A DNA stretch of 64,000 nt from a phage, in NCBI GenBank assembly GCA_033664045.1, contig GCA_033664045.1_3674.1; one strand, given 5' to 3'. Of the stretch, positions 28,658 to 36,725 are shown in pieces. The notes below the pieces were generated by a model. It searched no databases and was not told where the DNA came from. It worked only from the letters and a program-made list of their open reading frames with translations. Position 1 is the stretch's first letter, and each line of letters opens with the position of its first letter. Both the position numbers and the translations under genes were made by a program.

Positions 28658-28686
28658 GCCCTGCCCGAAAGGGTGGGGCATTTTTG
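28658..28686 (+). terminator. Rho-independent terminator (copy 2 of the conserved hairpin)
   Basis: GCCCTGCCC-GAAA-GGGTGGGGC followed by ATTTTTG. Confidence 0.7.
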
Positions 28687-28704
28687 TATAAGGAGATCTG
28701 AAAA

Positions 28705-29121
28705 ATGACATTAGAAGATATCATTGTTAAACCTGAGAACTATGACCAATACAACCTGTCAACTCAATCTGTAGACCTCGGATGCGCCACAGTCAGTGCA
28801 TGGCTGGTTAACGGAAAAGAGCTTGACGAGTGCCTGGAAGCACACATGTCGGTGAATAAATTTCTTGATGAAAATACCCACTGGCTAGAGGGTGCAGGAG
28901 TATATGCTTCATGGTTGGAGAGTATGGGATTCGACTACCAATCTGAAGAGGGGTGGTGGAGCTATTTAGCTATCTGCCCAGAGACGCTGCAATGCTTCAT
29001 GAAATATTCTGAAGATTTGGAGTACCGGGCGGTGGTTGATAGTGCCATTGCCCGTTATAGCCGTAAACCTTTTTCCCACGACATTAAAACTGTGGAAGAA
29101 TTTGTTGAAGTTTTCTGTTGA
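28705..29121 (+). CDS. Hypothetical protein
   Basis: AAGGAGA site. Confidence 0.5.
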   Translation: MTLEDIIVKPENYDQYNLSTQSVDLGCATVSAWLVNGKELDECLEAHMSVNKFLDENTHWLEGAGVYASWLESMGFDYQSEEGWWSYLAICPETLQCFMKYSEDLEYRAVVDSAIARYSRKPFSHDIKTVEEFVEVFC

Positions 29122-29217
29122 CACAGGTTGAAAGGTGTGCAATTATAACTTCATATAACGGGAGGACGCGATGAACGAAGAAAACTGGGATGTATAACTA
29201 ACAGGAGGCCACTGCCC

Positions 29218-29415
29218 ATGATTTATCGAATCCGTGTAAGAGAAGATGCACCAGGCTGTTACTTTGACTGGCGTGGGTGGTGGTTTCTCCACCCAATGGA
29301 TGGACTCACAGATAGAATGCTGGATGCTGCCCTTTATACAGATATCGACATAGAATATAATCTCTATCTGAAGGACGGTATAGATAACGGCCTGTTTGAA
29401 GCAATTCCTGTATAA
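29218..29415 (+). CDS. Hypothetical protein
   Basis: AGGAGG site. Confidence 0.45.
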   Translation: MIYRIRVREDAPGCYFDWRGWWFLHPMDGLTDRMLDAALYTDIDIEYNLYLKDGIDNGLFEAIPV

Positions 29416-29483
29416 GAGACTGTGATAGCCATGTTTTATGATCTCCCTGTAGCACCACCCCCTGTTGAACCCGGAGAACTAAG

Positions 29484-29909
29484 ATGATCTATGAAATGCC
29501 AAAACTGATTCGCGACGATGCCCAAAACGCTCACACCATTATTATGGGCAAGCGCATGGATATTATTTGTCATAAAGATTTCTGGGAAGGGAGTTACTTC
29601 ACAGAATATTTTGGTAAACTGGATAATGGTCTGCTGATCCAGTTCTACACCGATGCGGAAAACAACATTCACTGGGAGTTCGAAACTGAAGATATCCATA
29701 AACTTTTCACCTTCCTAGGTATTAAGGTTGAGGCCAAGTTCGAAGAAGGTGAGTGCGACGATTGTGGATTCTACGAGGTAACAGATTTCTATCTCCCAAG
29801 TGGTGAGAACCTTTACTATGAAAGCCACTTCGGCAACTCAAATATGCCACAAGGTTGGGATGAGTTTTTTGAAATTGCGGAAGAGGAGCTGGCATACCGT
29901 GATTATTGA
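29484..29909 (+). CDS. Hypothetical acidic protein
   Basis: Track ORF. Confidence 0.5.
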   Translation: MIYEMPKLIRDDAQNAHTIIMGKRMDIICHKDFWEGSYFTEYFGKLDNGLLIQFYTDAENNIHWEFETEDIHKLFTFLGIKVEAKFEEGECDDCGFYEVTDFYLPSGENLYYESHFGNSNMPQGWDEFFEIAEEELAYRDY

Positions 29910-30357
29910 TACTGTAGAGGGAGATCTAATCTCCATTTTCAAGAAAGGGTCAGGCCACATGATCCACGGTTGTAACTGCTTTCACACAATGGGTGCAGGT
30001 ATAGCGAAAGATATTGCCCGTGAGTTCCCTCAAGCACTGGCAGCCGACAAAGAGACTGCCTATGGTAATCTAGACAAGCTGGGTATGTTTTCTTGTTGGG
30101 AGCATTTTGCCAAGAACAGGGTTGTATATGGGATCAACCTGTATACCCAGTTCTACCCAGGGCCCAATGCTGAATACTTCTCAATCATGAAAGGTTTTGA
30201 GCGAGTCAACGAGGTATTCAAAGGTGTGTCATTGCCGTTCTACATCCCTAAGATCGGGTGCGGCATAGGCGGTTTGAAGTGGGAGCACGTGGAAGATGTC
30301 ATTAATCTTGCAACCACGGATATTGATGTGGTTGTAGTAGAGTACAAAAAGTGTTGA
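29899..30357 (+). CDS. Macro domain protein, TARG1/DarG-like (ADP-ribose processing)
   Basis: HGCNCFHTMGAGIAKDI and YIPKIGCGIGGLKWEHV match the TARG1 pattern (CxxxMGAGIA … PRIGCGLDRLxWExV); GTG start at 29899 with AAGAGGAG site. Confidence 0.75.
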   Translation: MIIDTVEGDLISIFKKGSGHMIHGCNCFHTMGAGIAKDIAREFPQALAADKETAYGNLDKLGMFSCWEHFAKNRVVYGINLYTQFYPGPNAEYFSIMKGFERVNEVFKGVSLPFYIPKIGCGIGGLKWEHVEDVINLATTDIDVVVVEYKKC

Positions 30358-30382
30358 CGACCATCTTCTGAGGTGATATATT
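30354..30382 (+). promoter_or_regulatory. Sigma70-like promoter
   Basis: TTGACG, 17-bp spacer, TATATT. Confidence 0.5.
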
Positions 30383-30411
30383 CTCCACAACGACTAAGAG
30401 AGGAGAGCGCT

Positions 30412-30582
30412 GTGGAGACTAAAATCTTAATTCTTGCTGTGGTAGATACAACCGAAGGAGCTATATTCGAATCTGCAGGAGGGTATTTCTATCTACCATA
30501 CGGAAAAAGAACTTCCGAGCCAAGTAAAGATTCAATCCTCAAAGTGTTCCCGTGTGCTTTCTGGCTGGAGATTTTGGTATAA
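30412..30582 (+). CDS. Small hypothetical protein
   Basis: GTG start after AGAGGAGAG site, downstream of the promoter. Confidence 0.3.
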   Translation: METKILILAVVDTTEGAIFESAGGYFYLPYGKRTSEPSKDSILKVFPCAFWLEILV

Positions 30583-30608
30583 GATTGCATAGGATTTGAG
30601 AGAGAATT

Positions 30609-30803
30609 ATGAGAAACAAGAGAGAGCTTTACTCTGGAGAGTGGATAAACGATCAACAGGTTGGAGAGGTAACCTGCTTCCGGTGTTTTACTCGGTACAA
30701 TCTTAAAACTGCACCAAAAAGTGTTCCAAAGACTGATGGTTATTACATAAAAGAACCTCATTGCCCAAAATGTAAATGCCGATTATACTGGAGTAACCTG
30801 TAA
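30609..30803 (+). CDS. Small zinc-ribbon protein
   Basis: CFRC…CPKCKC. Confidence 0.45.
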   Translation: MRNKRELYSGEWINDQQVGEVTCFRCFTRYNLKTAPKSVPKTDGYYIKEPHCPKCKCRLYWSNL

Positions 30804-30807
30804 AAGA

Positions 30808-30835
30808 TTGACATCTTAAAACTACAGTGTATAAT
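30808..30835 (+). promoter_or_regulatory. Sigma70 consensus promoter
   Basis: TTGACA, 16-bp spacer, TATAAT. Confidence 0.6.
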
Positions 30836-30866
30836 ATACGCACAGACTAACAGAGAGCGACGTATT

Positions 30867-31058
30867 ATGGTAATTTTTAACCGGGATGGCATCATAGTTA
30901 GACAGCACCCCTTCCTTGAATACTATCAAATTGAGCAATGGTGCTACGGAGATTGCAGTCACTCCTATGGGCAAAGTTGGGGATATCGCACAGTTTTTGA
31001 ATCAACAGACCTTGACAAAGTAAGACAGAAAGTTTTAGAACTTATTAACAACAAGTGA
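30867..31058 (+). CDS. Hypothetical protein
   Basis: Track ORF. Confidence 0.45.
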   Translation: MVIFNRDGIIVRQHPFLEYYQIEQWCYGDCSHSYGQSWGYRTVFESTDLDKVRQKVLELINNK

Positions 31059-31067
31059 GTATGACAT

Positions 31068-31400
31068 ATGGTAACATTAGAAAGACGTAAAGCTATCGCC
31101 GCAACACTGGCAGACATCTTTTGGGATTGCAACTTAAAAGATACCCGAAATTGTGGCGCATCTGTAGATGTATTATTCCCACGGCCCACCATTGTTGCAA
31201 TGGGAAACCTGTTAAACGTAGTGTACGGAGCATGGGACAAAGAAGGTGGATTCTATATCTGGCAACCTGACTACGGAGCCTGGAAAGAGGTAAGGGGTGC
31301 GGATGACTTTGGGCCTACAGTTGCTAAGATGGACGGCTGGGAAATTTATGTTGGAAACGACATGAAGCTGAAAGGCGAGATTGTTTACTGGCTACCTTAA
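31068..31400 (+). CDS. Hypothetical protein
   Basis: Track ORF. Confidence 0.5.
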   Translation: MVTLERRKAIAATLADIFWDCNLKDTRNCGASVDVLFPRPTIVAMGNLLNVVYGAWDKEGGFYIWQPDYGAWKEVRGADDFGPTVAKMDGWEIYVGNDMKLKGEIVYWLP

Positions 31401-31409
31401 GGGTAAAGT

Positions 31410-31655
31410 ATGAACACAGAGTGGACATCTGTAGACGGCGTTAAAAACATGCCTCTTGGAAAGTATATCGTAGCCATGGCTGATGAGGATGGCAATGTAG
31501 ATTTCGGAGCTTGCGAGGTTATTCTTGCAGGATCTGGTAACTATGTAGACAAAACCGGGATAATTAACGGTCAGTTCTACTTTGATCACAACCCTGTTGT
31601 AGCGTATATGGCTATGCCAGAGTTTAAGTTCCCAAAGGAGGGTGCTGATGTTTAA
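31410..31655 (+). CDS. Hypothetical protein
   Basis: Track ORF. Confidence 0.5.
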   Translation: MNTEWTSVDGVKNMPLGKYIVAMADEDGNVDFGACEVILAGSGNYVDKTGIINGQFYFDHNPVVAYMAMPEFKFPKEGADV

Positions 31656-31845
31656 GCTTAAATCCGCATGGAACATTGCTGTAGGTGACGAGATCCGTAT
31701 CCCCGGTGGGAAGACCATTATGAAGATATCTCGTATTGAGTACGAAGGTGACCGTGTATTCCACATCTTCGCAGAAGATGGTCGAGAAATTTATATACAG
31801 GCAGGTTCTCACATTTATATCCGTAAGAAAGGGGACGACAAATGA
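31642..31845 (+). CDS. Hypothetical protein
   Basis: Track ORF. Confidence 0.45.
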   Translation: MLMFKLKSAWNIAVGDEIRIPGGKTIMKISRIEYEGDRVFHIFAEDGREIYIQAGSHIYIRKKGDDK

Positions 31846-32171
31846 CAGAGATCATCATTTCAACTGCAGGGTATGTGTTCCTGACAATCATTGCACTGAC
31901 TATTTTGGTGACAGTGTATGGGTTTGTTATCCTTCCTATCCTTGAGACATTTAGTTTGTGTCGGTGTTGGAGAAAAGCTTACGGTCCACAACCATGGAAG
32001 GACTGGCCCCACCTGGTGCGCTTAGCGTTCTCTTATGCTTACGATCACTCCAGTAGTGCATGCATAACCGGATACCACGCCCACAACTGGAGCTGGGAAG
32101 GGTTGAGGAAATGGAATGTTACAAAGACCATACCTCTGCGCATGTACAAACCTAAAAACAAAGACAGCTGA
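31842..32171 (+). CDS. Membrane protein (N-terminal transmembrane helix)
   Basis: IISTAGYVFLTIIALTILVTVYGFVILPIL hydrophobic segment. Confidence 0.5.
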   Translation: MTEIIISTAGYVFLTIIALTILVTVYGFVILPILETFSLCRCWRKAYGPQPWKDWPHLVRLAFSYAYDHSSSACITGYHAHNWSWEGLRKWNVTKTIPLRMYKPKNKDS

Positions 32172-32480
32172 TACTTGAAAATTCCTGGCATATCAAGTAT
32201 AAGGGGGATTTCTAAAATGGATTTCCTCCTTTTGATATTTCACCGGGCTGGATATTTTAAAATTCTTAGAAAATCAGAAAATGGATCGAAAACTAAAATG
32301 GATTTTTCAGAGTAGGCGCGACAAGCTGAATAACTCATCCTATCGTTTGCACCATATTCCAGGCCACAATTACAGATTTCCAGCACATGCTCCCACCCTT
32401 CTACTAGAACTTCCTCCACTTACCCTTTACCTTCTATGGTAACAATCTAACCACTATCTTGAAGTTGCGGTGCAGCTTTC

Positions 32481-32665
32481 CAGGTACTCGATCTACTTTT
32501 CATTTCAGGGCTTGGATTTTCTGAAAATTTTTCTCGATAAATTTCTCAGTACTCGATCTGTTTTTCGTTTTCTGAATCGGATTTTCTGGAAATCGTTCCG
32601 GATCTCGACCTGAAATTTTTGGGGACGAAATCGATTTTTCGTTTTCAGAAATGGATTTTTAAAAT
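32481..32665. repeat. Iteron-like imperfect direct repeats (three copies of about 45 bp)
   Basis: CAGGTACTCGATCTACTTTTCATTTCAGGGCTTGGATTTTCTGAAAAT (32481), CAGTACTCGATCTGTTTTTCGTTTTCTGAATCGGATTTTCTGGAAAT (32546), partial copy at 32626. Confidence 0.6.
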
Positions 32666-32773
32666 TTGTATATGGAAATATTTTAGGAGGTATTATTTTA
32701 TATAGAATTGTCACGGTAGGTAATTAGCATGCTAACTAAATTTATGAAATGCGAAAAGTTCTCATTTAGAATT

Positions 32774-32792
32774 TTGAATGATAATCATTCTC
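32774..32792. promoter_or_regulatory. Fur-box-like site
   Basis: TTGAATGATAATCATTCTC, about 15/19 to the Fur consensus GATAATGATAATCATTATC. Confidence 0.4.
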
Positions 32793-32801
32793 GTTTGCAG
32801 A

Positions 32802-32830
32802 ATAACGGGCACCCCCGGTGATTGTCTCCC
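32802..32830. repeat. Left arm of a perfect 29-bp inverted repeat
   Basis: ATAACGGGCACCCCCGGTGATTGTCTCCC; exact reverse complement at 41615-41643; a degenerate direct copy at 32937-32965. Confidence 0.8.
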
Positions 32831-32893
32831 GGCCCCTACTGCCCCGGCTTGTTATTATAGTAACACACAGGACAAAGAAAGCAAGAAGTTTTT

Positions 32894-32929
32894 TGCATAA
32901 ATTTTTAGACGATAATGATAATCGTTCTC
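32894..32929 (+). promoter_or_regulatory. Candidate Fur-repressed promoter
   Basis: TTGCAT, 17-bp spacer, GATAAT; the -10 lies inside GATAATGATAATCGTTCTC (32911-32929), 17/19 to the Fur consensus. Confidence 0.45.
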
Positions 32930-33187
32930 ATTTTATGCAGCGCCCATCCCCGGTGGTTGTCTCCCTGTCACCGGTGCCTGCCGTCCTTTCGATATGTATA
33001 TTGTGCCACCTGGCGGGGCCGCTGTCAACACTTTTCAAAAAATTTTTCTAACCTGATGCGCTAACCGCTGCAACCTGGCGGGGCCAGCCTGGCAGGACCT
33101 AACTGACCAGGTAGGAGAGAATGAAGGCTTGCAAACCTGGTGGGCCTATGCTATAGGATAGGTAACAATTGAAGAGGAGGTACAAAA

Positions 33188-33364
33188 ATGAAAGGTAATA
33201 TAATCCCCCTGGAAAATGTAGCTATTAATGACGCTGAGGCTATCGCCCTGGTTGAAAAGGCTATGGCGGGAGCGTTGGAACATAAAGAAGAGTACGAAAA
33301 AATGATGGTTAACCTGGCAGGGGCGGCGGCTGGAGAATTCTACCCAAAAAATAATTTTAACTGA
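33188..33364 (+). CDS. Small hypothetical protein (58 aa)
   Basis: Hand-translated; GAAGAGGAGG site 7 nt before the ATG. Confidence 0.5.
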   Translation: MKGNIIPLENVAINDAEAIALVEKAMAGALEHKEEYEKMMVNLAGAAAGEFYPKNNFN

Positions 33365-33367
33365 TGG

Positions 33368-33396
33368 TTGACAGCTCGTACAGTTATTGTTATTCT
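33368..33396 (+). promoter_or_regulatory. Sigma70-like promoter
   Basis: TTGACA, 17-bp spacer, TATTCT. Confidence 0.45.
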
Positions 33397-33448
33397 TATC
33401 CTCGCAAGGTGAACAACACCACACCAATTAACAGAGAGGATAAAAATC

Positions 33449-33646
33449 ATGAACGCCTACGGAATCAAAGTACGTCGCAACACTCGCCAGGTGGTCACCG
33501 ATCAAATGGTTTGCCGGGTGGATGTAACCATCAACAACGGGCAAGGCCTTTATAAATTCCGTCGCGGTCAGAGCTATACCCGGCAGCAGCTTAATCGTTG
33601 CGCCCTGACAAAAGGTCAGATAAACCACTGGTTTAATAAAAAATAA
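33449..33646 (+). CDS. Small basic protein
   Basis: AGAGAGGA site. Confidence 0.5.
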   Translation: MNAYGIKVRRNTRQVVTDQMVCRVDVTINNGQGLYKFRRGQSYTRQQLNRCALTKGQINHWFNKK

Positions 33647-33649
33647 GTA

Positions 33650-33678
33650 TTGACATATAGTCCGACACCAAATACACT
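33650..33678 (+). promoter_or_regulatory. Sigma70-like promoter
   Basis: TTGACA, 17-bp spacer, TACACT. Confidence 0.5.
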
Positions 33679-33710
33679 AAAAGCACAAAAGACACTAAGA
33701 GGATAAAATC

Positions 33711-34109
33711 ATGAAAACCACTACCTTTAATTTTGATAATGCGGACTTTTCTTTTTCTGATGTCAAGAACTGCCGCCGTGATCGTGGATTTTACAAGGCC
33801 TATAATCTGGTGGGCCTGGACGATGACAATAATTTGCACGAAGTAGCTGAGATCCGGTATTATGCCGCCGCCAGCGGGAACACTCACTACTGCGTTTTTT
33901 GGATACACGACAACAAGAACAATAAGTACGGCTATACTGGAGGCAAGGCGAGCGGTCACGGTTATGATAAAGCCAACGCAGCACTTCAGAGCGCATTAAA
34001 TGCTATGGGGATCACTGCCGACGGCTGGATCTACGAAGAAGAGTTTTTGTCGGCACTTGCTGACCGCCTGGGCTATAAAAAGCACATTGTAACATGCGCC
34101 CACGAATAA
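33711..34109 (+). CDS. Hypothetical protein
   Basis: AAGAGGA site. Confidence 0.55.
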   Translation: MKTTTFNFDNADFSFSDVKNCRRDRGFYKAYNLVGLDDDNNLHEVAEIRYYAAASGNTHYCVFWIHDNKNNKYGYTGGKASGHGYDKANAALQSALNAMGITADGWIYEEEFLSALADRLGYKKHIVTCAHE

Positions 34110-34115
34110 AAATTG

Positions 34116-34143
34116 TTGACACGCTGCAAAATTCAAGTAAACT
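34116..34143 (+). promoter_or_regulatory. Sigma70-like promoter
   Basis: TTGACA, 16-bp spacer, TAAACT. Confidence 0.45.
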
Positions 34144-34191
34144 GGGCACAAAAGGCGGGAATGTTTCCCGCCAACATAAAGGAAAAAGATC

Positions 34192-34596
34192 ATGAATAAG
34201 AACGTACGCCGCATCATGAACGAACTGGCAAACGATGAAAAAATTATTGATATGCATTTGGTCAACATTTGCCGCCGTTGTGTAACATACAACAACCGCG
34301 CCGCAAAAGCGCGTGAGATGAACGCAAAAGGCACCTTAAAGCCATTCCAGGTGGTGGTAAAGGCCATTAAAGATGTAACTAATACGGCAAACCAGGTACA
34401 GGGGAACACCAACGAGAGTACCAATATTGATCCGTCTTACGTAATGAAACGGATCCGGACTTGCAAGAATAAAGAGCAGGTGTATAACGTCATAGATTGG
34501 CTGGACTCCCTGGGCGATGTGGTTTACAATAGGTTTTCTGCAGCTATTGAGATTCAGTTAGACAGGTTGGACGGGAAAGTACTAAAAACTTACTGA
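34192..34596 (+). CDS. Hypothetical protein
   Basis: AAAGGAAAAAG site. Confidence 0.55.
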   Translation: MNKNVRRIMNELANDEKIIDMHLVNICRRCVTYNNRAAKAREMNAKGTLKPFQVVVKAIKDVTNTANQVQGNTNESTNIDPSYVMKRIRTCKNKEQVYNVIDWLDSLGDVVYNRFSAAIEIQLDRLDGKVLKTY

Positions 34597-34643
34597 GTTT
34601 ATTTTTAGATGGCCTTGACTTCAGGGCCATCAATAAAGTAAAC
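34597..34643. repeat. Conserved intergenic element, copy 1
   Basis: ATTTATTTTTAGATGGCCTTGACTTCAGGGCCATCAATAAAGTAAAC with stem ATGGCC/GGCCAT; begins right after the stop codon. Confidence 0.75.
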
Positions 34644-34676
34644 TAGTCTCAACTAAGCGAAAAAGGGGGCTTTAAG

Positions 34677-34796
34677 ATGAGCACTACACGCCAATACACA
34701 AAGGTAACTATTATCGTTTGCGTTGTCGGTTACATCCTGGCGCAAATGTTAATGAGTAGCGCCAACAGTTTTGCAAAATTTTTCTTAAATTTTTAA
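34677..34796 (+). CDS. Small membrane peptide (39 aa)
   Basis: Hand-translated; AAAGGGGG site; hydrophobic core VTIIVCVVGYILAQMLM. Confidence 0.4.
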   Translation: MSTTRQYTKVTIIVCVVGYILAQMLMSSANSFAKFFLNF

Positions 34797-34825
34797 TTGA
34801 CAAGCTAACCCAAATCGGTATACTT
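34797..34825 (+). promoter_or_regulatory. Sigma70-like promoter
   Basis: TTGACA, 16-bp spacer, TATACT. Confidence 0.55.
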
Positions 34826-34875
34826 AAACACGTAAACGGGAAAACTTCCCAGAACACACAAAAGGAGAAAACACC

Positions 34876-35217
34876 ATGACTACTATGACCGCCACAGAAA
34901 AAGCTATGCAGATCGCCGCGCTGAAAAAACAGATCGCAGACCTTGAGAACAAGATCGATAACTTTGAAATCGACGAGGACAAGTACGACGAAAACTATGA
35001 CGAATGGTTAGACGAGATCTACGGCGAAATTATGATCGGAAACATTTCTTTTCTTCCGTCGCGTATCCTCAAGGAGCTGGATCCTATCGCTTACCGCTGC
35101 GGATTTAGCGACTACATCGACAGCTTGGATATTGAGGACGATGAAGAGTACCAAGAATTACAGACAGAGCTCGAAGAAGTGAAAGAAGAGCTTGCAGAAC
35201 TGGAAGAAAACGAGTAA
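34876..35217 (+). CDS. Highly acidic protein (DNA-mimic candidate)
   Basis: D/E-rich throughout with a coiled-coil-like N-terminus; AAGGAGAAAA site. Confidence 0.55.
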   Translation: MTTMTATEKAMQIAALKKQIADLENKIDNFEIDEDKYDENYDEWLDEIYGEIMIGNISFLPSRILKELDPIAYRCGFSDYIDSLDIEDDEEYQELQTELEEVKEELAELEENE

Positions 35218-35265
35218 AATTTATTTTTAGATGGCCTTGACTCCAGGGCCATCAATAAAGTAAAC
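35218..35265. repeat. Conserved intergenic element, copy 2
   Basis: AAATTTATTTTTAGATGGCCTTGACTCCAGGGCCATCAATAAAGTAAAC. Confidence 0.75.
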
Positions 35266-35307
35266 TTTATACTGTTAACACTGAACTAATGCATAGGAGT
35301 TAAAACC

Positions 35308-35553
35308 ATGGCAGCACTAATCACCAAATATTATGCCCCTACCAACACCAAAAGCGCCCGTATCATGGTAAAAGGCTTCGGACGTAAAAAGGTTTACACC
35401 TGGGATTATGCCTTAGACACAGAAGACAACTACACCAACGCGATGACCGATTTTATTAATGATCTGAACACGCGGATCTTGACAAATTATCAAATTACCG
35501 ATATTGCCTATATAGGGGAAGGCGGGATCTGTTTTGTCGGTATCGTCAAATAG
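35308..35553 (+). CDS. Hypothetical protein
   Basis: ATAGGAG site. Confidence 0.5.
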   Translation: MAALITKYYAPTNTKSARIMVKGFGRKKVYTWDYALDTEDNYTNAMTDFINDLNTRILTNYQITDIAYIGEGGICFVGIVK

Positions 35554-35630
35554 GCTGTTTTTTCGGTGGTCCTGGTAGCAGGGCCATCTATAAAGATAGT
35601 TTATCAACACAATGAAAGGAGAAAGTACAC

Positions 35631-35984
35631 ATGATCAGCGGGGCTAGTTTTATTATTGGCGCTATTGCTACGGCTTTAATTGTAAACAAGATCCAGGATA
35701 AAAAAGAAAGAGGAAGTACCGCCCTTGCAGAATATCCATTTTGGACATTCAACGATAACGAAGATTATATTATAAAGTATAAAAATAAAGAAGGCGACCA
35801 AGTAACACCGCGACCGATCCCGGCTTACAAAATGCAGGAAACACTATACCGCCTGGAGGCGGGGGGCGCAAAAATTGTGGACTTTTGGGGATACGACCAC
35901 ACAGATCAGGAAGTTATAAAGCGCCGTATCCGGGCTATTCAGGCCAATATTGAAGTTAGCAAGGGTGGAATATATGAAAATTAA
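35631..35984 (+). CDS. Membrane-anchored protein
   Basis: N-terminal helix ISGASFIIGAIATALIV; AAAGGAGAAA site. Confidence 0.5.
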   Translation: MISGASFIIGAIATALIVNKIQDKKERGSTALAEYPFWTFNDNEDYIIKYKNKEGDQVTPRPIPAYKMQETLYRLEAGGAKIVDFWGYDHTDQEVIKRRIRAIQANIEVSKGGIYEN

Positions 35985-36171
35985 TTTCGAGAAAATTGTA
36001 AAGCGCCCTCATGATTCCGAAGAGCTGCCAGAACGCCGACAGCGTAACAATAAACTGAATAAGCCAAAAAGATTTGGGAAGATCTGGCGGAATCATTATG
36101 ATCGTAAATTGCCCGGCCTACTTTTGGAACGTGAACGACAGGCAGAACGATACCGCCATAAAGACAAATAA
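35974..36171 (+). CDS. Small basic protein
   Basis: Overlaps the stop of the previous gene; R/K-rich; terminator follows. Confidence 0.4.
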   Translation: MKINFEKIVKRPHDSEELPERRQRNNKLNKPKRFGKIWRNHYDRKLPGLLLERERQAERYRHKDK

Positions 36172-36179
36172 CAACCAAC

Positions 36180-36206
36180 GCCCCGCCATTGTGCGGGGCT
36201 TTTTAT
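36180..36206 (+). terminator. Rho-independent terminator
   Basis: GCCCCGC-CATTGT-GCGGGGC followed by TTTTTATTT. Confidence 0.65.
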
Positions 36207-36330
36207 TTCTATCCTACGAATAGCGCCCCTGGTTGGCCCTGTAAGCGCCAAAAAGGCCCCCACCTATGCAATCGCCCCCCTTTAACCTGAAAACATCGCC
36301 CAGGGCCGTTTTATGGCGTTAAAAATATCA

Positions 36331-36358
36331 TTGACATCGTCAACAGGTTAGCTATACT
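36331..36358 (+). promoter_or_regulatory. Sigma70-like promoter
   Basis: TTGACA, 16-bp spacer, TATACT. Confidence 0.55.
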
Positions 36359-36390
36359 AACCACATCAAAGAGAGAAAGGAGTAAACGCC

Positions 36391-36651
36391 ATGCGTAAAT
36401 TAAAAAATTTTGATAAAGTTGATGTTATCCTGAATAATTTTTACTACTGCAACAATAAGGCTATTTGGTGGCGTGATAGTTCCACCGATAAAGTCAAGGC
36501 GCGCTTTCTTCAGGGGCACTGGCAAGGCCGCCCAGTGATTAAAATCATGGGGCAATTGGTAGCGTTTAAAAATTGCCGCCGTGTTGATGACGTTGAGGAG
36601 ATTTTAAACATTTTGCGCCACAATAATTTAAAAAATAGTGTTGACAAGTAA
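36391..36651 (+). CDS. Hypothetical protein
   Basis: AAAGGAG site. Confidence 0.5.
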   Translation: MRKLKNFDKVDVILNNFYYCNNKAIWWRDSSTDKVKARFLQGHWQGRPVIKIMGQLVAFKNCRRVDDVEEILNILRHNNLKNSVDK

Positions 36652-36668
36652 ATCTCAATAAGTATAAT
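36641..36668 (+). promoter_or_regulatory. Sigma70 consensus promoter
   Basis: TTGACA, 16-bp spacer, TATAAT. Confidence 0.6.
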
Positions 36669-36725
36669 TAAACACACAGGCGGGAAAACTTCCCGCCACT
36701 AACAAAGAAAACAGGAGAAAATATC

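Noticed and set aside
32505-33051. Track ORFs 32505..32714 (-) and 32818..33051 (+) inside the repeat region
   Set aside because: They lie within iteron-like repeats and the inverted-repeat arm, have no ribosome-binding site and give basic low-complexity products; treated as non-coding.
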